A stretch of 55,589 nucleotides of DNA from a virus (Duplodnaviria; Caudoviricetes): IMG/VR virus record IMGVR_UViG_3300030107_006898, positions 1-55,589 of that record. One strand, given 5' to 3'. How positions within the stretch are numbered: position 1 is the stretch's first letter; each line of letters begins with the position of its first letter. The translations under genes were made by a program, and so were the position numbers. The notes beneath the pieces are model-generated. The model was given only the letters and a program-made list of their open reading frames with translations, was not told where the DNA came from and did no database searches. Positions 8,532 to 18,496 of the stretch are shown here, piece by piece.

Positions 8532-10687
8532 GCGAATCTTTATTAGACATTCTGGATTCTGCTGTTGAAATAAGCAAAAAAGATCCGGAAAAAAATATTG
8601 CTGTTGAGCAACCGCAGCCAGAGCCGCAATCTCTTTCTCTTGAAGAGAATGTCAAACTTGGTTTGCAAGGTCTCTTGTTCAATTTTAGTGATGAAGGATT
8701 TGCTGCATTACAGGCTATGACCTCAGACCTAAGTTATGATGAGGCTGTTGCTGCCGAGAGAAAAATTTTAGAAGAAGCTCGGCAAAAAGATCCAACAGGG
8801 GCTTTGGTTGCTGAGTTGGGCGGTGCTCTTGTTCCTTCTCTTGTATCAATGGCTTTCACAGGAGGAGCCTCAACTCCACTTGTTCTCGCTAACTTGGCAA
8901 AGATTGGTGTCAGTGGAGGAAAGACAGCCCTGAGACGAGCAGCTAGAGGAACTGCCATAGGAGGTGCGGAAGGGCTTGTTGCTGGCGTGGGGGCTGCGGA
9001 AGGAGATATCAAAGATCAACTTACAGATACAGGAACACTCATTTCAACAGCAACAGGGGCAGCTGCTCGACCTTTAATGACCGCTGTCGGATCTGGGGGC
9101 AAAAAACTTGTTGGCGCAGTCTCTGATTTCGCGGTTGGCATGCCATTCCGTAAACTTTTTAACAGACTCGGCGAAAAAGAAACAGCTGAGTTGAATAGAG
9201 TCATTGATGAGAGCGGACTCAGCGTTGACGAGATAATCCGTCGATCTGCTGCGGGCGAAACAATTGCTGAAATGTCTGAGTCTGTCAGGGACTCTTTGAA
9301 AGCAATTTATAATGCTGCTGGAGAAGGGCGAGAAGAAATCAGCACAGCTCTGCGCCGTCGTGCAACGGAAAAGCCAGAAGAAGCAATGTCAACTCTTCAA
9401 GAAGGTTTGACACCAAAGCCTTTGGTGACTGCTGGAGAAGGTGGCGTAAGAGTTCCAGAATCCGGTGAAATGGTTGGCACAGGAGCAGGATTAGTTAAAG
9501 TTGGTGGGTCTGGGAACATATTGAAATATTTCGGCAAAGGCATAAAAGATCTCAAAGCTGATGAGGGTAAAGCCTACGACGAAATATTTGCTCGTGGAAT
9601 AAGGCCATCAGAAGAGCTTAATGAAGCAGCTTCTGAAATTTTAACTAATCAAAAAAGCTTAAGACAACCTATAAAGGATTTGATGGCAGCATCTGGTCAG
9701 CCAAATCTATTCAAAATAAATAAAAAAACAGGCATTGCTGAATTGACTAGAGATGTTGATTTAGAGACAGGTGAAATAATAAGGCGTGCTCTAAAAGATG
9801 GAGAAACTGCAGCTTACAAAGCTGGCAAAGGTGCATTGGCAGATGCAATTGGGGATTTAGAAACTGGCATAAGGCAAGTTCTTGATGATGTTTCCCCGGA
9901 TCTTCAAAAGACTCGTGCTAATTGGGCAGCGATAAATGCTTCAGCTGATGCTTTCGATCAAGGTAGTAAGATACTTACAAAACAGGCAGACCAAGTTCAA
10001 GTAGACTTCGCAAATCTAGTTGCGAAAGGTGATGAGGATGCTGTTGCTGCTTTCCGAATGGGTTATGCAAGTTCACTAAGAAATCAGGCTCAAGCTAGGA
10101 ATATAACAACTCTTTTTGGAGAGATGAACAAACCGGGAAGAAAGAATGAGATTATCCTGAATACGATATATCCCGGTGACTCCCTTGATGAAGCTGTCAA
10201 AAAAATAAATCTTGCTGATGCAGCAATGCAAACTCGCAATGCAGTCCTTGGTGGATCTCCGACTCAAAAAACCCAAGCAGCTGCGGAAAAGATTGGCTCA
10301 TTGAGCACAATTGCGAATCTCGTTGAAATGGTTACATCACCATTGAGAGCACCCGGTGCTGCGTTCAGAATAATTAGGGACTTTGCTGGGAGAAAAGCAG
10401 AAAATTTATCTCCGGAGCAACTCACACGTGTTGCAAAAATGCTCATAGAAGAAGATCCGGAAGTTTTGAGTAGAGTTTTGAGAAACAAAAATGCTTTTTC
10501 TCAGCTGTCATCAAAGTACAATGAAATTGTTGATGGCTTGATCTCAGGAACTGTACAGGGATCAACGACAACAACAGCTGGCGACATACAAAGAGAAGAG
10601 ACTCCGAGAATAGTCAAATCTCTTGTTGGTGGTCTAAGCCCATCAGCTCAGAAAAAAATTATTGGCGCAACTACCCCTAGCCAATAG
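8528..10687 (+). CDS. Large internal virion/DNA ejection protein
   Basis: 719 aa, Ala/Gly-rich hydrophobic N-terminal region, GGSPT motif; last late gene. Confidence 0.55.
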   Translation: MSESLLDILDSAVEISKKDPEKNIAVEQPQPEPQSLSLEENVKLGLQGLLFNFSDEGFAALQAMTSDLSYDEAVAAERKILEEARQKDPTGALVAELGGALVPSLVSMAFTGGASTPLVLANLAKIGVSGGKTALRRAARGTAIGGAEGLVAGVGAAEGDIKDQLTDTGTLISTATGAAARPLMTAVGSGGKKLVGAVSDFAVGMPFRKLFNRLGEKETAELNRVIDESGLSVDEIIRRSAAGETIAEMSESVRDSLKAIYNAAGEGREEISTALRRRATEKPEEAMSTLQEGLTPKPLVTAGEGGVRVPESGEMVGTGAGLVKVGGSGNILKYFGKGIKDLKADEGKAYDEIFARGIRPSEELNEAASEILTNQKSLRQPIKDLMAASGQPNLFKINKKTGIAELTRDVDLETGEIIRRALKDGETAAYKAGKGALADAIGDLETGIRQVLDDVSPDLQKTRANWAAINASADAFDQGSKILTKQADQVQVDFANLVAKGDEDAVAAFRMGYASSLRNQAQARNITTLFGEMNKPGRKNEIILNTIYPGDSLDEAVKKINLADAAMQTRNAVLGGSPTQKTQAAAEKIGSLSTIANLVEMVTSPLRAPGAAFRIIRDFAGRKAENLSPEQLTRVAKMLIEEDPEVLSRVLRNKNAFSQLSSKYNEIVDGLISGTVQGSTTTTAGDIQREETPRIVKSLVGGLSPSAQKKIIGATTPSQ

Positions 10688-10688
10688 T

Positions 10689-11123
10689 CTAGTTCTCTAT
10701 GTAACCCTGATACATCCTTTCGGGCTGATCATAGAGCCATTGTGCCCTGCGCACATGCCATCCTTTGCCCTGAAGAGAAACTTCAAATATCACTGCCTTC
10801 TTGTTGAATGACAGCTCAAAGCAATTCCCAGAAACAATTTGTTTCAGGAGAATTTGATTGTGCATGCCATCTTTGGCAACCATTGATTTTAAAATTGGAG
10901 ACCAGCTTTCTGGCGTTTTGCAGAAATGCCGAGTTTTCTCTATTTTCTTTCCCTCTTCAGTTTGCGCTCCTTGATTAGATAGCCATGTGATGATATCAGT
11001 GGAGCACTCTGCGTTTTTGCAGGTCATAACTTTCCGCGACCAAAGGCTCTCCGGTTTTGGACTCATGCCTGTCAACAAGCCAATCAGCAAGATCCCGCCA
11101 ATAATTCTTGAACCAAGGATCAT
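10689..11123 (-). CDS. Hypothetical protein with N-terminal signal/TM
   Basis: Last gene of leftward operon; hydrophobic N-terminus. Confidence 0.5.
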   Translation of the reverse strand: MILGSRIIGGILLIGLLTGMSPKPESLWSRKVMTCKNAECSTDIITWLSNQGAQTEEGKKIEKTRHFCKTPESWSPILKSMVAKDGMHNQILLKQIVSGNCFELSFNKKAVIFEVSLQGKGWHVRRAQWLYDQPERMYQGYIEN

Positions 11124-11572
11124 TTGCCAATTCCGATGCTTGCATAATCATCTTCAGTTTTCGTTCCATCTATAACACTCCTCAATTCATCCCAGTCATC
11201 ATCATTCATATTGCCCATCTTTGACCATGAGCAGATTTCAACAAGATTGCAGACAGTTTTGCCTTTTGACATTGTTTTGCAAATGCTTCCATCAACAAGG
11301 ACAATTCCTTTGCGTTCAATGCGAAAAAGAAGCCAGCTCGTCCCGCCATGTTTGCAATAAGAATCATGCCACATTGCTTGGGCCTTGCGTACGCCTGTTT
11401 TAACTTTCCCCTTCTTTGCCATCTCGGGAATGTATTTTAGCTCTATCCATCCAGAGGAATTTTTAGAGACATAATGAACATCTGGCATCCCGACAGCAAC
11501 TCTGTTCTCAACCCGGTACATCTTTAGATTAAGATTGTTGCGAATCAGGTTCCAAAAATTCTTTTCGCTCAT
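11120..11572 (-). CDS. PD-(D/E)xK nuclease (VRR-NUC/Holliday junction resolvase-like)
   Basis: RVEN..GMPDV...WIELK; Q..W. Confidence 0.75.
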   Translation of the reverse strand: MSEKNFWNLIRNNLNLKMYRVENRVAVGMPDVHYVSKNSSGWIELKYIPEMAKKGKVKTGVRKAQAMWHDSYCKHGGTSWLLFRIERKGIVLVDGSICKTMSKGKTVCNLVEICSWSKMGNMNDDDWDELRSVIDGTKTEDDYASIGIGK

Positions 11573-11847
11573 CGACCTAGAAGCCAGTCAAGAAAAGATC
11601 TCTTTTTTGGCCTTTCCAGATCTCTAGGTTTTAGGTCTGGAAATTTTTTATCATTTGAATGAATTTCTAGCGAAGACAAAAACTCCGGCGGCTCCGGGAT
11701 TTCTTCTTTTTCCACAGCGATGTATATGACATAAGAAATCTGGTTCATTGTCATGCCATTTTCTTCAGCGATTTGCCTCAGAGTTTTAGTTTTTTTCTGA
11801 TGCCTCATTTCTCTTATAAATGAATCAGAATATTTTTTAGGTCTCAT
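11569..11847 (-). CDS. Small HTH DNA-binding protein
   Basis: TLRQIAEENGMTMNQISYVI helix-turn-helix pattern. Confidence 0.55.
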   Translation of the reverse strand: MRPKKYSDSFIREMRHQKKTKTLRQIAEENGMTMNQISYVIYIAVEKEEIPEPPEFLSSLEIHSNDKKFPDLKPRDLERPKKRSFLDWLLGR

Positions 11848-11848
11848 T

Positions 11849-13531
11849 TCAACTCTCCATAAAGATTGACATTGGGTCTTGAGTTATCATATCTGCCAGA
11901 CTCTTCTTGTCTCGCAGGGCTTTTATTATTTTTTTGTCGATTGTCTTGTTTGCCTCGATGTCTATGTAGGTTACGTTGTTTGTTGTCCCGATGCGGTGAC
12001 ACCTGTCTTCTGATTGCAACCTAACTTCCAGATCAAAGCTGTTTGAATAATAAATGGCATAGCTCGCTGCAGTTAGTGTGAGGCCAATGCCGCCACTTTG
12101 GGGTTGGCCAATAAAATATTTTATTTTTGGATTGTTTTGAAAGGCATCGACAGCCTTCATCCTATCGTCATTTGAAACGCCACCGTGATAAGAGACAGAC
12201 ATCTCTCCAAGTTCACTTTCTATGAGTTTTAAATCAGCCCTAAACCTTGCCCATATTATTGCTTTGCCATCTATCTCGCTGAGGATTTCTTTCAGCAGCT
12301 CTATCCTAGGATTTTTGTCGTCTATTGGAACAGGATTTTCTGATGGAAACCAACCACAAGTTATCTGCTGCATCCTTAGAAGCCTTGTAATGGCTTCAGG
12401 AGCCTCAATGGTGTTTTCTTGGTAGTCGGCAACCCAATCATCTCTCATTGTGTTGTACAGGCGTCTCTGGGCTTCTGAAAGGTCAACATAAGCACGCTGG
12501 TATATTTTGTCTGGCAGATCCAAGCAATCTTTCTTCAATATGCGGAAAGAGTGTCCCTCTATGTTTTTTGTCAGCTCATCAACATTTTCATAGGCGATAA
12601 TCTGCCTATTCTCGTAGCCACCCATAACGCAGTATCTCGCACGGAAAGAGTAGAAGCTCTCATAGCCAAGGATGTATGGGTCAAGGAAGGCAAATTGGCT
12701 GTAAACATCTTCTGGCCCTTTGGTAACAGGGGTGCCTGTAAGGATCCTGCGGTACTTTGCTTGCTTGCCAACTTTTGTTATGAACTTTGTTCGTTTTGCT
12801 CCGGGTCTTTTTATCCTTGAGCTCTCGTCAACAACAAGCATGACATCTTCTGTCCTCATGATAGATTGCATCATTGCTTGGGCTTTTTTGGAGACAAATG
12901 CTTCGACATTAAAAGCAAATATTTTCAAGCTGTCATCGGACGATTGGACATGACTCCAGTTCTCTAGGTCTTGTTTCTTCATGCCAGAATAATAATATGC
13001 TGTCCTGCGATGACACCACTCCGGGAGATGGAAAGGAACCTCGTTATTGAGCCAGTTCCTGTGAACACCATTCGGGGCAATGACAACAAGGGCAGTTATT
13101 TTGTTGTTGGCATATAAGTAAGCTGCATTGTCAATGATAACTTTTGTCTTGCCTGTGCCTTGCTCCATCAAAAGGGCAAAGTTCTTTTTGTCGCGTGACA
13201 TGTAGAATGCTTTGCGCTGATGGTCGAATGGCTTGGTCTCGAACATGAAGTCATCATTCTCAGGAACCGAAAATTTTATCTTGTCGTCGGCAGCTTTGAG
13301 AGACTTGATATATTCTTCAAGGATTGGCTTTGACTGATCATCCCACTCGGCGTCCGGCCAGTGCTTTTGGATGTGTTTTATGTTTGCCCCTGTGGGAGCG
13401 AACATCATTTTACGGCCAACCCATTTGCTGAACCCAGGAAGAGTTGAAAGATACTGCGTTGCCTCAGATGTCAATTTTACGTTGGCGTAGCAGTATCTTC
13501 CTTTAGCCTTTTCTATTATCATTTTTGACAT
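11849..13531 (-). CDS. SNF2-family (SF2) helicase
   Basis: MEQGTGKT, DESS, LTGTP, GIGLTL, QSEDRCHRIG; probable ATG at 13531. Confidence 0.9.
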   Translation of the reverse strand: MSKMIIEKAKGRYCYANVKLTSEATQYLSTLPGFSKWVGRKMMFAPTGANIKHIQKHWPDAEWDDQSKPILEEYIKSLKAADDKIKFSVPENDDFMFETKPFDHQRKAFYMSRDKKNFALLMEQGTGKTKVIIDNAAYLYANNKITALVVIAPNGVHRNWLNNEVPFHLPEWCHRRTAYYYSGMKKQDLENWSHVQSSDDSLKIFAFNVEAFVSKKAQAMMQSIMRTEDVMLVVDESSRIKRPGAKRTKFITKVGKQAKYRRILTGTPVTKGPEDVYSQFAFLDPYILGYESFYSFRARYCVMGGYENRQIIAYENVDELTKNIEGHSFRILKKDCLDLPDKIYQRAYVDLSEAQRRLYNTMRDDWVADYQENTIEAPEAITRLLRMQQITCGWFPSENPVPIDDKNPRIELLKEILSEIDGKAIIWARFRADLKLIESELGEMSVSYHGGVSNDDRMKAVDAFQNNPKIKYFIGQPQSGGIGLTLTAASYAIYYSNSFDLEVRLQSEDRCHRIGTTNNVTYIDIEANKTIDKKIIKALRDKKSLADMITQDPMSIFMES

Positions 13532-13714
13532 TGATAAGCTCACCCTACTTTACTAACACACGTTATCCGGTCCATGTGCTTTCATCCACCCTTCCCGTCA
13601 CCACCACCTATCTCGGATCGCATAACACCGAGCCTCCCAGCCGACCCTTAGACTGGGAGGGAAGACATGATGGCCATTACTGCCTGTTGCCAGTCCTCGG
13701 GCGAGCTTATCAAT
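13530..13714 (-). ncRNA. Candidate structured RNA/cis-element closed by a 16-bp stem
   Basis: 13530-13545 and 13699-13714 are inverted repeats (one G-U); internal hairpins cctcccag/ctgggagg and ctcgg/ccgag. Confidence 0.5.
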
Positions 13715-14372
13715 CCTCCTTCCGCAGAATTATTTTTGCTTTTGTTGGACGACTGATGAAACCGAATGATGGGTCATCGTCGCTGCGAGAAACCTTGGCG
13801 CTGAATTGGACGCGGTCGCCTTTCTTGGCTTCGCTGATTTTGCTCGGGACAGAACCCCAGAGCTTGTAGCCAGCATCGGTTTTGTACAGAGCCTTCGTCT
13901 GCCAGCCATACATCCCTTCAACTTCTTTTGTGCTCAGGATCTCTGCGACAATATCGATGCGCTCATCTGTCTCAGGGACTGGGGGCAGATTAGCTGCCTC
14001 AGCTTTCCACTGAGCTTCACGCTCCGCTTTTGTTGCGAGGCGCTCTTTGGCACGTGCCAGAGACTTGCGGACGATGTCTGTCTGCTTGGGAGAAAGTTTT
14101 CCATGGTCTCTCAAACTCACCGCAAGGTCAGCCAATAAATCCCCGAAGCTCCCGTCATACATCCCGACGCGAAGCGGATGCTCTTGGAGACTTTTCGGAA
14201 AATATTCACCACACGCATTCAGCCAGTTGTTAAGTTCTTGGTGATCCGGAGCCTCTGAAATCCAGCGTTTGAATGCACCTTTGCGTGCATTGGCTTTGAT
14301 GTGCTCTGCGACTGCCTTGTCGTAACGAGCTTCGGAAACTTTACCATCTGCGAATTGAGGATCATATGCCAT
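13710..14372 (-). CDS. Hypothetical protein, possible C-terminal OB-fold
   Basis: Own promoter and AGAAAGGA RBS; C-terminus KKGDRVQFSAKV...GFISRP. Confidence 0.6.
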   Translation of the reverse strand: MAYDPQFADGKVSEARYDKAVAEHIKANARKGAFKRWISEAPDHQELNNWLNACGEYFPKSLQEHPLRVGMYDGSFGDLLADLAVSLRDHGKLSPKQTDIVRKSLARAKERLATKAEREAQWKAEAANLPPVPETDERIDIVAEILSTKEVEGMYGWQTKALYKTDAGYKLWGSVPSKISEAKKGDRVQFSAKVSRSDDDPSFGFISRPTKAKIILRKED

Positions 14373-14403
14373 GTCAAAAATTCCTTTCTCAGTTGACTTT
14401 GTT

Positions 14404-14464
14404 ATTATCGTTTATATCGCTCGGAAAGTAAAGTATTTTCTTTCCGAGCAATATCAGTGACTTG
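14404..14464 (-). promoter_or_regulatory. sigma70-like promoter TTTACT-N17-GATAAT with upstream IHF-like site
   Basis: -10 at 14404-14409, -35 at 14427-14432, TATCAG-N4-TTG at 14452-14464; same layout at 15096 and 23911. Confidence 0.7.
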
Positions 14465-14465
14465 C

Positions 14466-14750
14466 TTATGAATTAAGAATGTAACCGAGCATGGTTGCCC
14501 CCAGCGTCGCATGGGTAAGCTTCCTCGGAATGCGATCCATTTTATCCCAGGCAACATCAATACCCTTTGCCTGAACAAACCCAGCAATTTGACGACCCCA
14601 CTCATAAGACACCTGCCAGTACATTGGCTTGGTCTCGTAGTCCTCACCCCAGATGCCATCCATGTAATCATTGAAGCCCAAGAACACAGACTCCTGAATA
14701 AGAAAATTTCTGGCAGATGACCGACTTGTCCTAAGATTTTCGTTTCTCAT
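14466..14750 (-). CDS. Hypothetical protein
   Basis: CTGAGAAAGG RBS. Confidence 0.65.
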   Translation of the reverse strand: MRNENLRTSRSSARNFLIQESVFLGFNDYMDGIWGEDYETKPMYWQVSYEWGRQIAGFVQAKGIDVAWDKMDRIPRKLTHATLGATMLGYILNS

Positions 14751-14828
14751 TTCATATTCCCTTTCTCAGTTTCTACCCCGAAAGCCCCGACCATTTCTGG
14801 AGCGGGGCTGAGGTTGAGGTTTGAAAGT

Positions 14829-15050
14829 TTAATACCCTGTGACAGTGAATCCGTGACCACAGAAATGTCCGGCATGTCCATTGGAATGAATTACGACAGG
14901 GGCATACCGCGAGTCAGATTCAACGATCATGAACCGTATCGATTTGCTATGCTCAGGGGCAATTAAATCTATCAATTTGTTGATTGCCTTGCGGGCATTG
15001 TCTTCTGTCGCGTAAGTTTTCGGGGGACGAAATTTGAACTCTGTAGCCAT
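14829..15050 (-). CDS. Hypothetical protein
   Basis: CTGAGAAAGG RBS directly after promoter. Confidence 0.65.
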   Translation of the reverse strand: MATEFKFRPPKTYATEDNARKAINKLIDLIAPEHSKSIRFMIVESDSRYAPVVIHSNGHAGHFCGHGFTVTGY

Positions 15051-15095
15051 CGTATTTTTCCTTTCTCAGTGTATCAGCCCCTTGCTGATATGATT

Positions 15096-15156
15096 ATTAT
15101 CTTTTATATTTGATAAAAAGTAAAGTATTTTCTTTTCGTTGTATATCAATGGTTTA
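15096..15156 (-). promoter_or_regulatory. sigma70-like promoter TTTACT-N17-GATAAT with IHF consensus site
   Basis: -10 15096-15101, -35 15119-15124, TATCAA-TGGT-TTA 15144-15156. Confidence 0.75.
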
Positions 15157-17964
15157 CTATGAAGTCAGTTTTCTTATATTGTTAACATAAATTTTTCTGA
15201 AGCCTTTTTTGATCTGACCTTTGACAAGAAACCAATCCCCCTCACGAGATTGCTCGACAATCGGCTTCCCCATTTTGTTATATTTAAACCTGTCAATCGT
15301 GCATATTATCGGAGCTGTGTCATCTTCAAATGTCAAGTTCAGCCACAGGTTGTTGTTATCAACTCTTCGGCCACCACGCTTGGCTAAGTTCACAACCTCA
15401 TTCATGTCACGCAGGTTTTTCTCTATCAGCTTGCCGAAGAAGACAAATGTTCCAGGGCTGTCGCCATCTAGATCAACGATGTCAGTAATGTCGGAAACGA
15501 TGTTGTGGGCTTTCGGATTTTCTTTTATGTGTCCCCATCGGCGCTCGCACTCAAATATATCATCATATGGTGTTGACCCATTGTCGAGCAACTTCTCTTG
15601 ACGAGGTGTCAAAGGCTCTCCCATCTTCCTACGACGGATGATGTCCTCTGACATTTTTGGACCGATGCCTTTTATTCCAATAAGACCGCCAATCAATTCA
15701 CTATCTTGAACCGACCAGTTTTCGAGCGATCTGAATTTGTCGAATGGTTTGTATGACATTCCCTCTTTGACCACTTCCCGGAGAAGTTTAACGCCTTGCG
15801 AATCGTCTTTGACATTTCTGAGACAAGCTGCAGCAAACTCCAGAGGAAACTGATACTTAAGAACACAACACCAATAAGACAGCATGCCATAACTGACAGC
15901 ATGACTTCTATTAAACGCCCAACTCCCCATTGTATTGATGTGATCCCAAATGTACCTCGCTTCGCTTTCTTCGATTCCATTCTCTTCTGCTCCGATTTTA
16001 AATTTCTCAAAATACTTATCAAAGAATTCTTGACCTAAAGATTTGCTCATTGCTTTGCGCAACTGAGAAACATCTTCCCAAGACAACTTACCGACATCCC
16101 TACCAATTTGCATCACTTGCTCTTGATAAACAACAACACCATTCGTAACCTCTGTTATGTCTTTTGTTAGTGGGTGGAGATATTCTGTTTTCTCAGCGCC
16201 AGTGTGTCTCTTTATGTATTCTGTTGTCCCTCCAGAGTTAAGCGGTCCAGGACGCGCCAGTGCAGTTATAGCAGCAATGTCTTCGAAATCATGAACTTTC
16301 ATCTGACGAGTAACAGATTGGAGTGCATAACCTTCGAACTGAAATATCCCGGCATATTTCTCGTCATTTAAGATTGCGAATGCATCTTTGTCGTCTAGTG
16401 GGTAATCTATCAATTTTTCTCTTTGCCAACCAACCTGATCAAGTATGTCTTGGAGGATGCTGAGGGTCCTCAAACCCAATGCATCTATCTTCAGCAGGTT
16501 CAAATCTTCAGCATCATACTTGTCTATCTGCGCAGACCCTCCATAGCTGCTCACCGAGCAATAGTTGTGGACTGGCTCTTCTGTGACCAATATTCCTGCT
16601 GCATGAACACCGCTATGCCGAGCGTGATATTCCATGTCAGCGGCAATTTTCATTTGAGGATATTTTTTGAGAATATCCCTGCCGACATCCAACTCGTTGA
16701 ATGTATCCAATATACAGAAGGCTGCTCTTGAGTCTCCTCCGCTCCGCTCGATGATTGCACCTTTGAGATCGTTGACCTCCCACATCGGAATGCCAAGCTC
16801 TTTTGACACTTCAGTTATTGTGCTCTTGGCTTTGTAACGAGAAACTGTTCCGAGGTGGGCAACTTTTTCCGAACCATACTTATTGCGGAGATATTCAAAA
16901 ACCATCTCTCTGCGGTCGTCCTGAAAATCAATATCAATGTCTGGCAGGTCTGCTCTTGTTACGTCGATGAACCTTTCAAAAAGCAAATCGTGCTTAATTG
17001 GATCCACATTTGTTATGCCCAATAGGTAACAAACTAAAGAGCCAGCCGCCGAACCTCTCGCTGGACCAACAAGCATGTGCTTGCGAGCATAATTTACCAT
17101 GTCAGCAATCACAAAGAAATAGTCCTCGAACTCTTTCTCTGCGATCATTCCAACCTCTCTTTTCAATCGGTCGGAATAGTCTTTTGAACTTAAATCAATT
17201 CCTAAATTTTTAGCACCAGCAACACACATGCTTTCAAGTGTCAAATTTGTTTTGTAGCGCACCATCTGAGCTTGTGGTAGGCTTGCATTGCACTGCTCCG
17301 CAACGCCATAGGTGTTGGCAATTGCTTCTTCTGGAAGCCATTTTATTACAGACCTAAGTTCCCACTCATTAAGAATGTGCATGGGTTTGGTCCTAGATTG
17401 CCGATTGCGCCCAGTCAACACTTCGTAAACTTTTTTGTCCTCAATCCTAGGATAAAAATTGTCGCTCACAGCAATTGGCTTGAAGCCCTTGTCAATTGAC
17501 TCGAGACACTTCTTCGTGCTCATTGGGCCAATCTCAATATAGAGATTTTCTTTGTGGGTTGCTGGGAGCATCCCCCAGTTGGGATTTGTCCCTGACAGGA
17601 TTACTACATTTTCTGATATATCAAAAAGGTCGGAATAATCGAGGCGAGGGATGTAATAAAAATTGTCTGTTGACCGAGTTACTAACTCATATATCTCTTT
17701 CAGCCCTTGGTTGTTTTTGGCGATGAATGACATATAATTTGCTGGTTGCTTCTCTCTTGATCTGGCATCATCAACAAATGCGATCTCCACACCATATATA
17801 GGCTTCTTGCCTGCCTCTTTACAGCTGCGTTGGAAAGCAGCATGCCCCCACGTACCTGTGTCGCATATGCCCAAGCAATCACCCTCTACTGCATCTATGA
17901 CTTTGCTCAATGGGCCATAGGCTGTCCGAAATGAATATTCTGTGCGGAGCTTCAAATTAAACAT
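15157..17964 (-). CDS. dnaE: DNA polymerase III alpha subunit (family C)
   Basis: PHP-like N-terminus, GPARGSAAGSL, LLFERF, PDIDID, HAAG, GIFQFE, YQEQVM, AFNRSHA. Confidence 0.95.
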   Translation of the reverse strand: MFNLKLRTEYSFRTAYGPLSKVIDAVEGDCLGICDTGTWGHAAFQRSCKEAGKKPIYGVEIAFVDDARSREKQPANYMSFIAKNNQGLKEIYELVTRSTDNFYYIPRLDYSDLFDISENVVILSGTNPNWGMLPATHKENLYIEIGPMSTKKCLESIDKGFKPIAVSDNFYPRIEDKKVYEVLTGRNRQSRTKPMHILNEWELRSVIKWLPEEAIANTYGVAEQCNASLPQAQMVRYKTNLTLESMCVAGAKNLGIDLSSKDYSDRLKREVGMIAEKEFEDYFFVIADMVNYARKHMLVGPARGSAAGSLVCYLLGITNVDPIKHDLLFERFIDVTRADLPDIDIDFQDDRREMVFEYLRNKYGSEKVAHLGTVSRYKAKSTITEVSKELGIPMWEVNDLKGAIIERSGGDSRAAFCILDTFNELDVGRDILKKYPQMKIAADMEYHARHSGVHAAGILVTEEPVHNYCSVSSYGGSAQIDKYDAEDLNLLKIDALGLRTLSILQDILDQVGWQREKLIDYPLDDKDAFAILNDEKYAGIFQFEGYALQSVTRQMKVHDFEDIAAITALARPGPLNSGGTTEYIKRHTGAEKTEYLHPLTKDITEVTNGVVVYQEQVMQIGRDVGKLSWEDVSQLRKAMSKSLGQEFFDKYFEKFKIGAEENGIEESEARYIWDHINTMGSWAFNRSHAVSYGMLSYWCCVLKYQFPLEFAAACLRNVKDDSQGVKLLREVVKEGMSYKPFDKFRSLENWSVQDSELIGGLIGIKGIGPKMSEDIIRRRKMGEPLTPRQEKLLDNGSTPYDDIFECERRWGHIKENPKAHNIVSDITDIVDLDGDSPGTFVFFGKLIEKNLRDMNEVVNLAKRGGRRVDNNNLWLNLTFEDDTAPIICTIDRFKYNKMGKPIVEQSREGDWFLVKGQIKKGFRKIYVNNIRKLTS

Positions 17965-18496
17965 ACAAATGCCTCTCTTTCACATACCACCGAATAATTT
18001 CAATTAAGGCTCTGACATCAGCTATCGCTCGGTGGGCACCTTTGTGCTCTTCCCCAGTAACTTCGAAGTATATGTCTCCGAGTTTTCTCTTTTTGTTCCA
18101 CACAGTCTCACCAACTTCAACTGTGCAAGTGTGCTCAGGTGGCCAAGGGAAGCTCGTCACTCTCCCCAACCGCTCAAGCTCAAACGTCAATATCGTTTTG
18201 TCGAATGGTAGGTTATGAGCAACAAGGTTCCTCTCACCAAGAAAAAACTCGCAAACCTCATCGACCCTCGCAACAAATGGCTTCTGGTCTTTCAGATCAT
18301 CATCCGTTATGCCAGTGATCTTTGTTATCTGAGGCTCAAGAGGTATCCCAGGATTGCACATGAATTCAAGAGTTCCGATCTCATTGAGCTCTTCGTCCAA
18401 CTTCACTGCGCCAAACTCTGTTATCCGAGGTTGGAGGTCAAGGTCTGCACCTTCGGCTTTTGGGAGACCTGTCGTCTCAAGATCAAACACTATCAT
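17957..18496 (-). CDS. dnaQ: DEDDh 3'-5' exonuclease (Pol III epsilon-like)
   Basis: DLETTG, AHNLPFD, AHRAIADV. Confidence 0.9.
   Translation of the reverse strand: MIVFDLETTGLPKAEGADLDLQPRITEFGAVKLDEELNEIGTLEFMCNPGIPLEPQITKITGITDDDLKDQKPFVARVDEVCEFFLGERNLVAHNLPFDKTILTFELERLGRVTSFPWPPEHTCTVEVGETVWNKKRKLGDIYFEVTGEEHKGAHRAIADVRALIEIIRWYVKERHLYV

Noticed and set aside
13530-13714. MITE/IS remnant
   Set aside because: Single copy, no target-site duplication or transposase seen. The inverted repeats coincide with stop/start signals and the mismatch is a G-U pair, which favours RNA structure.
13525-13869. 114-aa + strand ORF and other antisense ORFs in the track
   Set aside because: Opposite to well-supported genes, lacking RBS and recognisable motifs; treated as shadow ORFs.
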